A DNA stretch of 13,334 nucleotides from an uncultured Myxococcales bacterium (GCA_964013405.1 CAXGWI010000101.1:1-13334); one strand, 5' to 3'. Counted from the stretch's first letter, positions 1 through 11,980 are shown. The notes: generated by a model not told the origin, from the letters alone. A program made the numbers and translations.

Positions 1-3106
<3,106 letters not shown>

Positions 3107-3114
3107 GTCGATCG

Positions 3115-3142
3115 CCTAGACAGTCTAGGGTGGGACTGTCAA
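3115..3142 (-). promoter_or_regulatory. Putative promoter/operator of the ureohydrolase gene
   Basis: Perfect TTGACA on the minus strand (3142-3137) and a perfect 7-1-7 palindrome CCTAGAC-A-GTCTAGG (3115-3129) 8 nt upstream of ATG 3106. The -10 candidate TAGGCG (3118-3113, 18-nt spacer) is non-consensus. Confidence 0.4.
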
Positions 3143-3215
3143 AGAAGGTCAGGAGCCATGCCGTGACCTCTCAGCAGTTGCCGTCGGTTTCAAGCCTTAT
3201 GGTCGGCCCGTCCCG

Positions 3216-4451
3216 ATGAGTGTTTGGGATGGGCTGCCGGTTCCCGACGAGCGGGCTGTTTCGATTCGCCTGAAACGGTCCGCGGAACGCCCCTTACGCA
3301 AGGGGCACCCATGGATTTTCGATCAGGGCATCGAGCATCAAAACAGAGAGGGGGCGCCGGGCGACTTGGCCCTCCTGTTTAGCGCGAAGCGCAAGCTGTT
3401 GGGCCTTGGGCTCTATGATCCCCGCTCGCCGATCCGGGTCAAGATGCTACACCGGGGGAAGTCTCAGCCCATCGACGATGACTTTTTCGCCCGTCGCCTT
3501 CATGACGCGATCGAAGTGCGCGCCGGGCTCGAGGCAGCAGGAACCACGGGCTACCGGGTGGTTCACGGCGAGAATGATGGCCTGCCGGGCTTTGTCGTTG
3601 ATCGCTATGGGGAGACCCTGGTGGTCAAGCTCTACAGCGCCATCTGGGTTCCTCGGCTGAGGCAGTTGATCCCACCGTTGTTGGAACGGCTACGAGCCCG
3701 TCGCCTCGTTCTCCGCTTCTCCCGTCGGCTGCAAGGGCATCCGGCGGACTGTCATGGTTTGAGCGAAGGGCAGATCCTCCTGGGGCCTCTGCTCGATGGA
3801 CCCATTGCCTTTCAGGAAAACCATCTCACCTTTCTTGCCGATCCGATCCGGGGTCAGAAGACCGGATTTTTTCTCGATCAGCGGGACAACCGGGCTCGGG
3901 TGGGCACCCTGGCTGAGGGCAAGAGGGTCTTGAACGTCTTTTCTTACAGTGGTGGATTTTCTCTTTACGCAGCTCGTGGGGGCGCCCGAGAAGTCGTCAG
4001 CCTGGACAGCAGCCAGCCGGCCCTTGAGACCGCCGAGCAAATCTTTGCCAGGAACCATGACCACCCGGCCGTTGCTGCCTGTCAGCACGAGTTGTTTTGC
4101 GCTGATGCTTTCGAAGGTATGACTGCTCTTCATGCCAGCGGTCGCGTCTTCGACTTGGTGGTGATCGACCCACCGGCCTTTGCCAAAAGTTCCGCCGAAG
4201 TATCGGCGGCGTATACCGCCTACGGGCGCCTGATGCGATTGGGCCTGAAATTACTCGTTCCCGGCGGGGACCTGGTCTTCGCTTCCTGTTCGAGCCGGGT
4301 TGGGGCCGCGACCTTCTGCGAGCGTATGGCGCAGGTCGCCGAGGGAGCAGGTCGACCGCTTCAAGGCCTTGAGATGACAGGCCATGCCGTCGACCACCCT
4401 ATCGATTTCCCTGAGGGCGCCTACTTGAAATGCCTCTTTAGCCGGGCCTAG
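3216..4451 (+). CDS. rlmI: RlmI-family class I SAM-dependent rRNA methyltransferase (23S m5C1962-type), 411 aa
   Basis: PUA-like N-terminus with GHPWIF, then HGENDGLPG, GQKTGFFLDQRDNR, SAM motif VLNVFSYSGGFS, FDLVVIDPPAFA, catalytic ASCS and C-terminal DHP...EGAYLK. Confidence 0.9.
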   Translation: MSVWDGLPVPDERAVSIRLKRSAERPLRKGHPWIFDQGIEHQNREGAPGDLALLFSAKRKLLGLGLYDPRSPIRVKMLHRGKSQPIDDDFFARRLHDAIEVRAGLEAAGTTGYRVVHGENDGLPGFVVDRYGETLVVKLYSAIWVPRLRQLIPPLLERLRARRLVLRFSRRLQGHPADCHGLSEGQILLGPLLDGPIAFQENHLTFLADPIRGQKTGFFLDQRDNRARVGTLAEGKRVLNVFSYSGGFSLYAARGGAREVVSLDSSQPALETAEQIFARNHDHPAVAACQHELFCADAFEGMTALHASGRVFDLVVIDPPAFAKSSAEVSAAYTAYGRLMRLGLKLLVPGGDLVFASCSSRVGAATFCERMAQVAEGAGRPLQGLEMTGHAVDHPIDFPEGAYLKCLFSRA

Positions 4452-4457
4452 TCGGCC

Positions 4458-5045
4458 TTACTCGGGCTGATAGCGATAGTGCCCGGTGATCGTGTAATCG
4501 AAGAGCATGTCCTCAAGGACCGGTCCGGCGCCGATGTTGTGGACGATGAGTGGGCGTTTGCCGTCTTTGCTCTTCTGTTTCACCACGATGCCAATGTGAG
4601 GCAACGTGCCTCGACCCGGGATCTTTAGGTTCCAAGTGACCAGGTCCCCCGCTCGATAGTTCGACCCGACCTTGCTGACTTTGATGCGCTGACCGTGGCG
4701 GCGAAAGAAGACTGCGAGGTTGGGAACCCGACGGTGATCAATGTTGCGATCCGGGCGGGAAGCCCCCCAAATGGTCGGGTACAATTGAAAGTGGGCCCGC
4801 ATGTCTTCGTGGACTCGTTTTTGGAGGTCGATCCCCAAGGCTCGGTAGGCCCGGATGATCACGTCGGTGCAAACCCCGGTATGGGCCGGTACATCACCGC
4901 CCGGGTATTTCAGCACCACGTAGGCGGGATCATAGGTCACATCATGTTTGAGGCGCTCATGGGCCGCGGTCACCAAGCGGTCCGCAAAGGGCCCGGCCCC
5001 GGCAGGTGCACTGAACACCAAAATGAAGCCGATCAGAAGGCGCAT
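4458..5045 (-). CDS. DUF1287 (YijF-like) secreted protein, NlpC/P60-like Cys-His motifs, 195 aa
   Basis: Signature YDPAYVVLKYPGGDVP, GVCTDVIIRAYR, DRNIDHRRVPNL, HIGIV, HNIG. Signal peptide MRLLIGFILVFSAPAGA. SD AAGGAG at 5058-5053, 7 nt before ATG. Confidence 0.9.
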   Translation of the reverse strand: MRLLIGFILVFSAPAGAGPFADRLVTAAHERLKHDVTYDPAYVVLKYPGGDVPAHTGVCTDVIIRAYRALGIDLQKRVHEDMRAHFQLYPTIWGASRPDRNIDHRRVPNLAVFFRRHGQRIKVSKVGSNYRAGDLVTWNLKIPGRGTLPHIGIVVKQKSKDGKRPLIVHNIGAGPVLEDMLFDYTITGHYRYQPE

Positions 5046-5112
5046 CGATCTTCTCCTTTATTGGGGAACGCTTCCGGCTGCCCATCGATTCGACCTGGCC
5101 GCTCGGGGCCCA

Positions 5113-6288
5113 TCAAAAGTGGAAGGAGCCCTGAAGGAAGAGGGTGGTGGGCGCGAGGCCAAACTCGCTCTGGAGCGACATAGAGGTTGTGGGTCTTTCA
5201 CCGACACCGAGGAGCATCCCTCCTGACAGGGTTGCGTTTTCCGCCGCACTCCAACTGAGGTTCGGCATGAGCAGTAGACTGGGGTCGAGGGGGTTGAGGA
5301 TGATGGCGCCACCGCCCGTCACCAAGGGGTGGAGTTCGATTTGTCCACCCATCGCAGCATAGAGTTCTCCGGCGAGCCACAACTCCCCCCGCTCAAACCG
5401 CGCGCCCTGCATCCGTGCAAAGTAGCCGCTCGGGTCCCGGGCACCGAGGCTTTGAAAATACAGCTCGGCGTTGATCGCGGTCTTTTCGCTGGGTTTGTGT
5501 TGTAGGCCCACCACGCAGCGCACAAAGTTCTCCGGTTCGGTGATGCTGAGATTGAGATCTCCATAGTAGCCTGCGCTGCCCCCGTTGAAGAAGGCCGAGC
5601 CACCGAGCACGACGTCATCGTAGACGTGGCCGAGGAAGCCCTCGAATTCCCAGTCCCCGACACTGCCCTTCGATTGGAGGGCGATGGCGGTGCCATCGAG
5701 GCTCCAGTCCTCGAGATAAGCGGCGACGAGGCTGATGCGACCGGAGACGCCTCGAAAGAGATCGGCCCGCAGCGCGTCGACCCCCGGTTTGTAACTGCGG
5801 TCCAAGGTCGCTGGATTAAAGGGGCTGATGAGGTCGAGGGGGGTAAACAGGACGCCTTTACCGAAGCTCACCGGCTGGCGGCCGAGGGTTAGTCGTAGCC
5901 GTTTTCGGTCCCAGCGCAGACTCGCTCGGTCGAGGCGGACCCTGAGGTTCCGGCCCGGGTCGTCACCCACCGTGAGCGTGAGTGGTAGGGCCTCTTCGAT
6001 CCGCTGTTCTGTGCCCGTGTTGACCACACTGACAGAGCTGCTCTGGCTGTCGCTTAAGCCGATGGTGGGGTGGACTTCGATGCGTACTTTACGCTTCGGG
6101 CGCCAAATGGCTTTCAGCCGCCCATCGACGACGGAGTCTGCGATCGGGTCATCGGGCAGCAAGGGGTGGTCATAGAAAAAGACGGTCGTGGAGAAGATTT
6201 TAACATGGCCGCTGAGATCGAGCTCTCGGTTGGCGAGGCTGGGAAGAGCGCTCAGCAGGATGACCAGGCTAAGGCACCCTCGTATCAT
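5113..6288 (-). CDS. Predicted outer-membrane beta-barrel protein associated with the ABC/LolA-like module, 391 aa
   Basis: Sec signal peptide MIRGCLSLVILLSALPSLA. Many alternating amphipathic strands (LRVRLDRASLRW, LRLTLGRQPVSFG). C-terminal beta-signal-like LFLQGSFHF ending in Phe. ATG overlaps the ATPase stop (ATGA, 6288-6285). Confidence 0.75.
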   Translation of the reverse strand: MIRGCLSLVILLSALPSLANRELDLSGHVKIFSTTVFFYDHPLLPDDPIADSVVDGRLKAIWRPKRKVRIEVHPTIGLSDSQSSSVSVVNTGTEQRIEEALPLTLTVGDDPGRNLRVRLDRASLRWDRKRLRLTLGRQPVSFGKGVLFTPLDLISPFNPATLDRSYKPGVDALRADLFRGVSGRISLVAAYLEDWSLDGTAIALQSKGSVGDWEFEGFLGHVYDDVVLGGSAFFNGGSAGYYGDLNLSITEPENFVRCVVGLQHKPSEKTAINAELYFQSLGARDPSGYFARMQGARFERGELWLAGELYAAMGGQIELHPLVTGGGAIILNPLDPSLLLMPNLSWSAAENATLSGGMLLGVGERPTTSMSLQSEFGLAPTTLFLQGSFHF

Positions 6289-6968
6289 CGGTGTTCGTCG
6301 CTGCTCACCAGGCCATCTCGCAGGGTCACAACCCGTCGGGCCACCTCGATGATTTCGTGGTCGTGGGTTGAGAAGAGGAAGGTCACCCCTTCTTCCTCGT
6401 TCATTCGGCGCATGAGCCCGATCAACTCGGCTTTGGTTTCTGAATCCAGATTGGCTGTGGGCTCGTCAGCGAGGATGATGGTGGGTTTCGTAGCGATGGC
6501 CCGAGCCACCGCAACCCGCTGTTGTTGGCCGCCGGAGAGTTCGGCGGGGCGCCGCCCCTCCATACCTTCGAGGCCAACGGCCTTGAGAATTTCCCGGGCC
6601 CTTTGGTTGCGTTCCGCTTCACTCTTTCCTTGGAGCAAGAGGACAAACTCGGTGTTCTCCTGGGCGGTCAGGACCGGGATCAGGTTATAGGACTGAAAGA
6701 TGAAGCCGATGTGGTCTCGACGCAGATCGCTGCGCTGGGTTTTGCTCATGGAGCTGACTTCTTGGCCTGAGACGGTGACCCGTCCGCTGGTCGGCGTATC
6801 CATGCCACCGATGAGGTTGAGCAGGGTGGTTTTGCCGGAGCCGGAGGGCCCCATAATGGCCGTAAACTCACCGGGCTCAATGCTCAGATCCAAGCCCCGT
6901 AAGGCTTCGACCACTTGGTCGCCGTCTTGGTAATGGCGAGTGGCTTTTTCGATGCTGACGATGGCCAT
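6285..6968 (-). CDS. ABC transporter ATP-binding protein, LolD/MacB-type
   Basis: Walker A GPSGSGKT, Q-loop IGFIFQSYNL, signature LSGGQQQRV, Walker B/D-loop IILADEPTANLD, H-loop STHD. ATG 6968 is preferred over GTG 6974 from GGAG spacing (6982-6979). Confidence 0.95.
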   Translation of the reverse strand: MAIVSIEKATRHYQDGDQVVEALRGLDLSIEPGEFTAIMGPSGSGKTTLLNLIGGMDTPTSGRVTVSGQEVSSMSKTQRSDLRRDHIGFIFQSYNLIPVLTAQENTEFVLLLQGKSEAERNQRAREILKAVGLEGMEGRRPAELSGGQQQRVAVARAIATKPTIILADEPTANLDSETKAELIGLMRRMNEEEGVTFLFSTHDHEIIEVARRVVTLRDGLVSSDEHR

Positions 6969-6986
6969 GGTCACTTTCTCCGCAGC

Positions 6987-8210
6987 TTATTGGGACCACA
7001 GGCTCTCGACGGCTTCAAGCCGTCCAGCCCGCAGCGCCGGCCAAAGGGATGCCAAAATGGCGAGCAGCACATGAAATCCCGTCCATATCGCCATCTTATC
7101 CCAGGAATAGACCGCCTTCATAACGGTGTTGAGCGCGACGCCAGAGACCGGCGCCTGGTTGTTGATCATGCCGTAATCGATGCCATACTCCACCATGGGA
7201 TAGGTGGCAGCGAGTCCCAAGATAAAGCCGAGGATGGCGCCGAAGACCCCGAGCAAGAACCCCTCGGTGAGCAGGAGTTGAATCAGGCCGGCCGGGCGCA
7301 TCCCCATGGCCTGCAGCATGCCCAACTCTCGGGTGCGCTGAAACAGGCTCATCAGGAGCACATTGAGAATGCCGATACTCGCCAGGATGCCGATAAAGAT
7401 CCACATGAAGTAGCCGCCGACCTTGTCCAACTCCTCCGCTTTGAAAAGCTCCGGCAAGGCCTCCTCGGCTCGTAAGACCTCGGGACCATCGCCGGCTGCT
7501 TTTCGGACCGAGGCCTTTAATCCGGCGGGGACCTCATAGCCCTCCACTTGGACGGAGACCATCGTGGCTGGATCGGTGATGCCGGGCAGCATCTCTTGAA
7601 GGGCGGGGAGGTTGGCGAGCACGTAGAAGTTATCCATGCTCGCATTGCCGATCGTGAAGGTGCCAGCGACCCGAAAGGGGAGGGCCTGCAGTTCACCCCG
7701 GTAAGAGACGGTGAGCACCACTTTGTCCCCGAGGTCCACCTGCAGGCGTTTCGCCAGGGTCGTGCCAATCAAAACTTGCCCTGATGCGCCCGCTTGTAGC
7801 CATTCGCCATCCACGATCATCTTCGGGATTTGACTCACCGCTTTTTCCGCTTCCGCTTCCACGCCGCTGATGCCCACGGCCACCGAGTTCTCGGGCGATG
7901 CGATCATACCGCCGAGAAGCAGGCGCCTTAAAACGGTGGTCTCGGGATTCTGTTGGCGGATTTTTTCTGCCAGGGCCCCGGAGTCGGCCAGCATGAGGTT
8001 GCTGTCTTTAGCGTCTTGGTAACCCTCTGCTTGGACCACCACATGGCCTGCACTGGCCCGGATGGTGTCATCCATTAACAACACCCAAGCACCATCCTGA
8101 AAGTTGCATGTCCAGATGATCAACGCCAGGCAGCCGGCGACGGCGCCCGAGGCCAAAAAGCTCTGCATGGGCCGGCGGATCAGGTTGCGTAGAGCCATCC
8201 GGAAAATCAT
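6987..8210 (-). CDS. ABC transporter permease, LolC/E (MacB-PCD + FtsX) type, 407 aa
   Basis: N-terminal ALRNLIRRPMQS + TM1, large periplasmic domain, MSLFQRTRELGMLQAMGM motif, three further TMs, C-terminal WPALRAGRLEAVESL. SD AGGAG 8221-8217. Confidence 0.93.
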   Translation of the reverse strand: MIFRMALRNLIRRPMQSFLASGAVAGCLALIIWTCNFQDGAWVLLMDDTIRASAGHVVVQAEGYQDAKDSNLMLADSGALAEKIRQQNPETTVLRRLLLGGMIASPENSVAVGISGVEAEAEKAVSQIPKMIVDGEWLQAGASGQVLIGTTLAKRLQVDLGDKVVLTVSYRGELQALPFRVAGTFTIGNASMDNFYVLANLPALQEMLPGITDPATMVSVQVEGYEVPAGLKASVRKAAGDGPEVLRAEEALPELFKAEELDKVGGYFMWIFIGILASIGILNVLLMSLFQRTRELGMLQAMGMRPAGLIQLLLTEGFLLGVFGAILGFILGLAATYPMVEYGIDYGMINNQAPVSGVALNTVMKAVYSWDKMAIWTGFHVLLAILASLWPALRAGRLEAVESLWSQ

Positions 8211-8213
8211 GGG

Positions 8214-9437
8214 CTACTCCTGGGCCAAGGCGACGACAGGGTCGAGTTTGACGGCTCGGCGGGCGGGCCAGAGCCCGGCGACCACCGAGACGAACATGAC
8301 GATGACGAGGGGGATGACGGCTTGGGTCATATTCAGTTGGCCGAAGATCACGGGATCAAGGACCACGCCGTTGAGGACAAAGCCCTCCCCTTCTTTGATC
8401 TCCATCGCGATGCCGTAGTTAGCCAGAAAGAGGTGCCCAAGGAGACCCAGGACGAGACCGAGGACGGAGGAGAGCACGCCGAGGAGTCCTGACTCGATGA
8501 GGATCATCATCACGACCTGTTTTGGCGGCAAGCCCAAAGAGGCAAAAAGCCCCAGTTCCCGGGTGCGTTCATAGACCGACATCAGCAGGGTATTAACGAC
8601 CATGAAGCCGGAGATGGCCATGATGATGAGATAGAAGAAGAGGGATGTGACCGCAGTGAGGTCTTCCATCTGCTTGGTTTCAGGGGAGATTTCGTACCAA
8701 GTCCGGACGGCCAACTCCGGGTTGGCGCTCCGGGTGGCGTTTTGGACGGTCTCGATCACCTTCTCCGCCTGGGTCAGAACCACCAACTCGTGGACCCCGT
8801 CGCCCATGGCAAAGATCTCTTGGGCGTCTGGCAGTGGAAACATCGCACCACCGTCTCGTTCGAGGGTCCCCGATTTGTAGATGCCGACGACGGGGTAGAC
8901 CTGATTGCCGATGCTGCCATCGAGGGCGTTGACCACCACCAGTAATTCGCCACCCACATCCAGATTCAACTCTTTCGCCAAGCGATGGCCGATCACCGCT
9001 TCTCGAGGGCTTTCCAGCCAGCGCCCTTTGCTGATGCGTTTGTGCATTTCAGTGAGTGCTTTTTCCGCCTTCGGGTCGACACCGACGAAAGAGCCGCTCG
9101 CCGCCTCGTCTTTGGCCCCTGCGTACATCCCAAAGGCCTGAATCCGTGGGGCGACGACTTTGACGTCCGGGTTGCTTTGCAGGCTCTCGATGACCGACCG
9201 AGCCTCGGGGACCACGTCGTAGGGGTTCATGGTCTCAGGGTAGTCTTTATGGTGGATCTGAAGGTGTCCGAGATTTCGATCCACGGTGGCCGTCCGCATG
9301 ACACCGAGGAAGCCGCCAATCCAGGAGGCCATAAAGATGCAAAACGCAACGCCCAAGCCCATGGTGAGGGAGGTCAAGACCGTCCGAGTTGGATGGCGCC
9401 AGAGGTTTCGCCAAGCGATGGCGGTGAGAATCCCCAT
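8214..9437 (-). CDS. ABC transporter permease, LolC/E (MacB-PCD + FtsX) type, 407 aa
   Basis: AWRNLWRHPTRT + TM1, periplasmic domain, MSVYERTRELGLFASLG, C-terminal WPARRAVKLDPVVAL. ATG overlaps the upstream stop (TAATG, 9439-9435). Confidence 0.93.
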   Translation of the reverse strand: MGILTAIAWRNLWRHPTRTVLTSLTMGLGVAFCIFMASWIGGFLGVMRTATVDRNLGHLQIHHKDYPETMNPYDVVPEARSVIESLQSNPDVKVVAPRIQAFGMYAGAKDEAASGSFVGVDPKAEKALTEMHKRISKGRWLESPREAVIGHRLAKELNLDVGGELLVVVNALDGSIGNQVYPVVGIYKSGTLERDGGAMFPLPDAQEIFAMGDGVHELVVLTQAEKVIETVQNATRSANPELAVRTWYEISPETKQMEDLTAVTSLFFYLIIMAISGFMVVNTLLMSVYERTRELGLFASLGLPPKQVVMMILIESGLLGVLSSVLGLVLGLLGHLFLANYGIAMEIKEGEGFVLNGVVLDPVIFGQLNMTQAVIPLVIVMFVSVVAGLWPARRAVKLDPVVALAQE

Positions 9438-10189
9438 TAGTCTCGCAGTTCCTGTAGACTGAAGCGACTGTCTTCGATGGGGATATTCAGTTTCAGGCTG
9501 TGAAAGACCATCTCGGTAAACTCGTTGGGTTTGTCATGGGGCCGAATGACCATTTTGTGGGGAACGGGAATCCCGGCCACCTCCTTCACATCGGAGTAGG
9601 TCATGGTTCGCACCTTTTTGCCTTTTTCACTGTAGAACTCTTGCTTTTCGGGAACGCCTGCAGCGGTCACCGTCACATCGATATGGCCCCAAACCACAGG
9701 CGTCTCTGGTTTGGGGGTGCAGCGGATCGTGAAGCGGGCACTGCCGAGGGCAGCCGAACCCGGCGCCATGGCATAGATATAGTCTTCGGAGAGCCGATAC
9801 TCCCGGACCAGATCGTCGTTGCTGACATGGCTGCCCATCCAAGCCCCGCTCATCATGGCGCTGGGCACGCGCATGGTCCGGTCCGTGTTGGGCAGATAGT
9901 TCCAGAGTTTGTCGCCCACCTTCAGCGTCGCGATACCTCGATCTTTGGCCGGCTCCTTCAGGCGAATGAGGGAGTGCTCTTTACCCTTTGACCATGACTC
10001 CATCTTCATCTTGCGATTGAAGCGTTTGGTTTTGACCCGCATGCTCATGACGACATGGCTGGAATTCGACCGGCCGCTGTCGTCGACTTGGGTGAGAAGC
10101 GCTTTGAGCTCGGCCGAGGTTGGCACCGGACTCGGTGTGGCTGTGGGGCTTGACGCCAGCAGCAGAACGCTCATGAGAGTAGGGGGCAT
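9437..10189 (-). CDS. Outer membrane lipoprotein-sorting protein (LolA-like fold), about 250 aa
   Basis: Family-typical segments EPAKDRGIATLK, LWNYLPNTDRTMRVPSAMMSGAWMGSHVSNDDL, EFYSEKGKKVRTM and C-terminal IPIEDSRFSLQEL. Start moved from GTG 10222 to ATG 10189 (GGAG 7 nt upstream, followed by a signal-like hydrophobic stretch). Confidence 0.85.
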   Translation of the reverse strand: MPPTLMSVLLLASSPTATPSPVPTSAELKALLTQVDDSGRSNSSHVVMSMRVKTKRFNRKMKMESWSKGKEHSLIRLKEPAKDRGIATLKVGDKLWNYLPNTDRTMRVPSAMMSGAWMGSHVSNDDLVREYRLSEDYIYAMAPGSAALGSARFTIRCTPKPETPVVWGHIDVTVTAAGVPEKQEFYSEKGKKVRTMTYSDVKEVAGIPVPHKMVIRPHDKPNEFTEMVFHSLKLNIPIEDSRFSLQELRD

Positions 10190-10228
10190 GGATGGGCTCC
10201 GAAAGCGTGCGGTTTCGTACACCTCAGC

Positions 10229-10250
10229 CCGTGCTCTTGTCGAGGCACGG
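10229..10250. other. Imperfect intergenic stem-loop (no U-tract)
   Basis: CCGTGC-TC-TTGTC-GA-G-GCACGG just downstream of the PNGase-like gene stop on the minus strand. Confidence 0.3.
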
Positions 10251-10255
10251 AACGC

Positions 10256-11917
10256 TTAGCGATGAATCACAAGCCAGGAGTTGTGATTGATATTGCCTGC
10301 ACCTTCGATGGGCGGGCCATTGTTTAACTTGGCTTCATAGGCCACCGAAGCGCTCGCGCCCGCCGTGACGTGGTCGGTCACATCGACGACGAAGGGATAA
10401 ACCTCGCGCCCCGGACACCAACCGCCCCGGCCAAACCACCAGGTGCCCCATTGATTCGGTACGGTTCCTGCGCCGGAGTTCTCGGCGCATTGGCTTTGAT
10501 CCCCCGGCTCATTAAATGCCTGGATGAAGGTCTCGCCACCCACCGTGTAGTGGTGGGAGTGGCGGCAGAACTCGGCGCAGTTTTGCGCTTCCATACCGTG
10601 ACCGGTGGTGATGGCGACCAATTCCACTTTGCCCAGATCCGCGGGCAGATCCACGGCGACGGGCGCTCGGTCGTTGATGGTGGGGTTAAAGCCGTGGCTA
10701 CCAAAGAGCGGGTAAATCTCTTGGGGTCGCATCTCCTTGCCCTGGTTGAACAGGCGTAGACTGGCTGTGACCGCGGTGGGTTGCTTGTTCCAAGCGGGAG
10801 CCCATTCGTATTTGATGCGGCGCTCACCCCCTTCTTTCAGCCAAGCGAGCGCATGGCTCGCATCGACGACCCAGCGACTCTCTCGGTGATAGGTGGTGAT
10901 GAAGCGCGCGGCTTCGAGCCAGGACTCGGTGCCTTCATCCCAGAGCCAGAAGTGGGCTAGGTAGTCCCAAGGACCACAGTTGCTGGGCTCAGCCGCCTCC
11001 CGATTGGGGCATTCCATGAGGATGTCGATCTCGAGGGTGTCGAAGCCAGCCATCGTGCTTGCATCGGGGAGATTGATGGTCGCTTCCTCGAACTGTTCGA
11101 TCACATCGCCGCCGAGGACGGGCACGATGGTGGCATCTTGCGTTTCAAGCCGCTCCTCCCGGGTCATCTCAAAGTTAAAGTATTGGGCTTCGTAGGCGAG
11201 CCCGTAGAGGCGGCGCTCCCAGGGCCACTGCTCTTGGGCCTGCAACTGGGCATTGTGGGCATCGACGGCCGCAAGGTTGCCGAGACCTCGGAGGCGTTGA
11301 AAGCGGTCGATGGCAAAGCCAAAGCGGGCCACATCCGTCTTAAACATATCGTCGACCAGGCCATCGAGGGCCCGACTTGCCTGAGAGACCACGTGCAAAT
11401 GGGATTCCCAGTGTTCCTGGTCTGCGTCATCCATGTTCACGATGGCATCGTCGATCCGGCCTTGCATGGTTTGGACCGCAGCCCGGGTGCCCGGACTGTC
11501 CCGACCAGTGACGACGAAGAAGTAGTGGGCGTTGCGGGGGGATTTCTCGATGAGCCGAGGGATGCCATCGGCCACGCTCCAAACCGTGCTGTTGTCGAGG
11601 GCCGAGATGACGGTGCTGTGGGGCATGAAGATGTACGTTTCACAGCCCGTCCAGCGTTCGCTGAGGGTGAAGGTGCCACTGGCGATGGTGGGGACGGTGA
11701 AGTCGCCGGCCGGTTGCCGGCGTTGGAGCACCGAGGGAGCCGTGGCATCGAAGGGGCGTTCGGCCAGACCGAGGGTTTCGCAGAATGTCGGTGGGGTACC
11801 GGCATCGGGCTCAGCAAGCCCGCCGTCGGGTGTGGGAGCGGGTGTCTCCGGGCCCGGCTCCGCCGGGCAGGCAGTGAGGGCAAGGGCAGCAAGGGTCACC
11901 AAAAAACGACGATTCAT
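10256..11917 (-). CDS. Lipoprotein with peptide-N-glycosidase F (PNGase F)-like N- and C-terminal domains, 553 aa
   Basis: Signal MNRRFLVTLAALALTAC (lipobox LTAC, Cys17). SD AGGAAG upstream of ATG 11917, so the track's 11968 start is too far upstream. PNGase F-like motifs CGPWDY (10978-10961), EAARFITTY, TTGHG, CAEFC (10579-10565), GTWWFGRGGWCPG. Confidence 0.85.
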   Translation of the reverse strand: MNRRFLVTLAALALTACPAEPGPETPAPTPDGGLAEPDAGTPPTFCETLGLAERPFDATAPSVLQRRQPAGDFTVPTIASGTFTLSERWTGCETYIFMPHSTVISALDNSTVWSVADGIPRLIEKSPRNAHYFFVVTGRDSPGTRAAVQTMQGRIDDAIVNMDDADQEHWESHLHVVSQASRALDGLVDDMFKTDVARFGFAIDRFQRLRGLGNLAAVDAHNAQLQAQEQWPWERRLYGLAYEAQYFNFEMTREERLETQDATIVPVLGGDVIEQFEEATINLPDASTMAGFDTLEIDILMECPNREAAEPSNCGPWDYLAHFWLWDEGTESWLEAARFITTYHRESRWVVDASHALAWLKEGGERRIKYEWAPAWNKQPTAVTASLRLFNQGKEMRPQEIYPLFGSHGFNPTINDRAPVAVDLPADLGKVELVAITTGHGMEAQNCAEFCRHSHHYTVGGETFIQAFNEPGDQSQCAENSGAGTVPNQWGTWWFGRGGWCPGREVYPFVVDVTDHVTAGASASVAYEAKLNNGPPIEGAGNINHNSWLVIHR

Positions 11918-11980
11918 CGCTGTCTTCCTAACAATGCAACGGGTTTGTAGCCGCTCCGAGGCGAGCACTCCAATTCACCT

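Noticed and set aside
6987..9437. Both permeases are exactly 407 aa, suggesting a recent duplication
   Set aside because: The sequences are clearly divergent outside family motifs. Paired permeases of about 400 aa are normal for LolC/LolE-type heterodimers.
6285..10189. Assigning gene symbols lolA/lolC/lolD/lolE
   Set aside because: Only family-level similarity is supportable. The architecture with a beta-barrel suggests a paralogous system, and orthology needs phylogeny.
10229..10250. Stem-loop as an intrinsic terminator
   Set aside because: The stem is bulged and has no U-tract on the coding strand. At most it is a processing or stability element.
11138..11950. 270-aa plus-strand ORF opposite the PNGase-like gene (and similar shadows such as 6070-6690 and 6915-7475)
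   Set aside because: Antisense shadows of well-supported genes with no family signatures.
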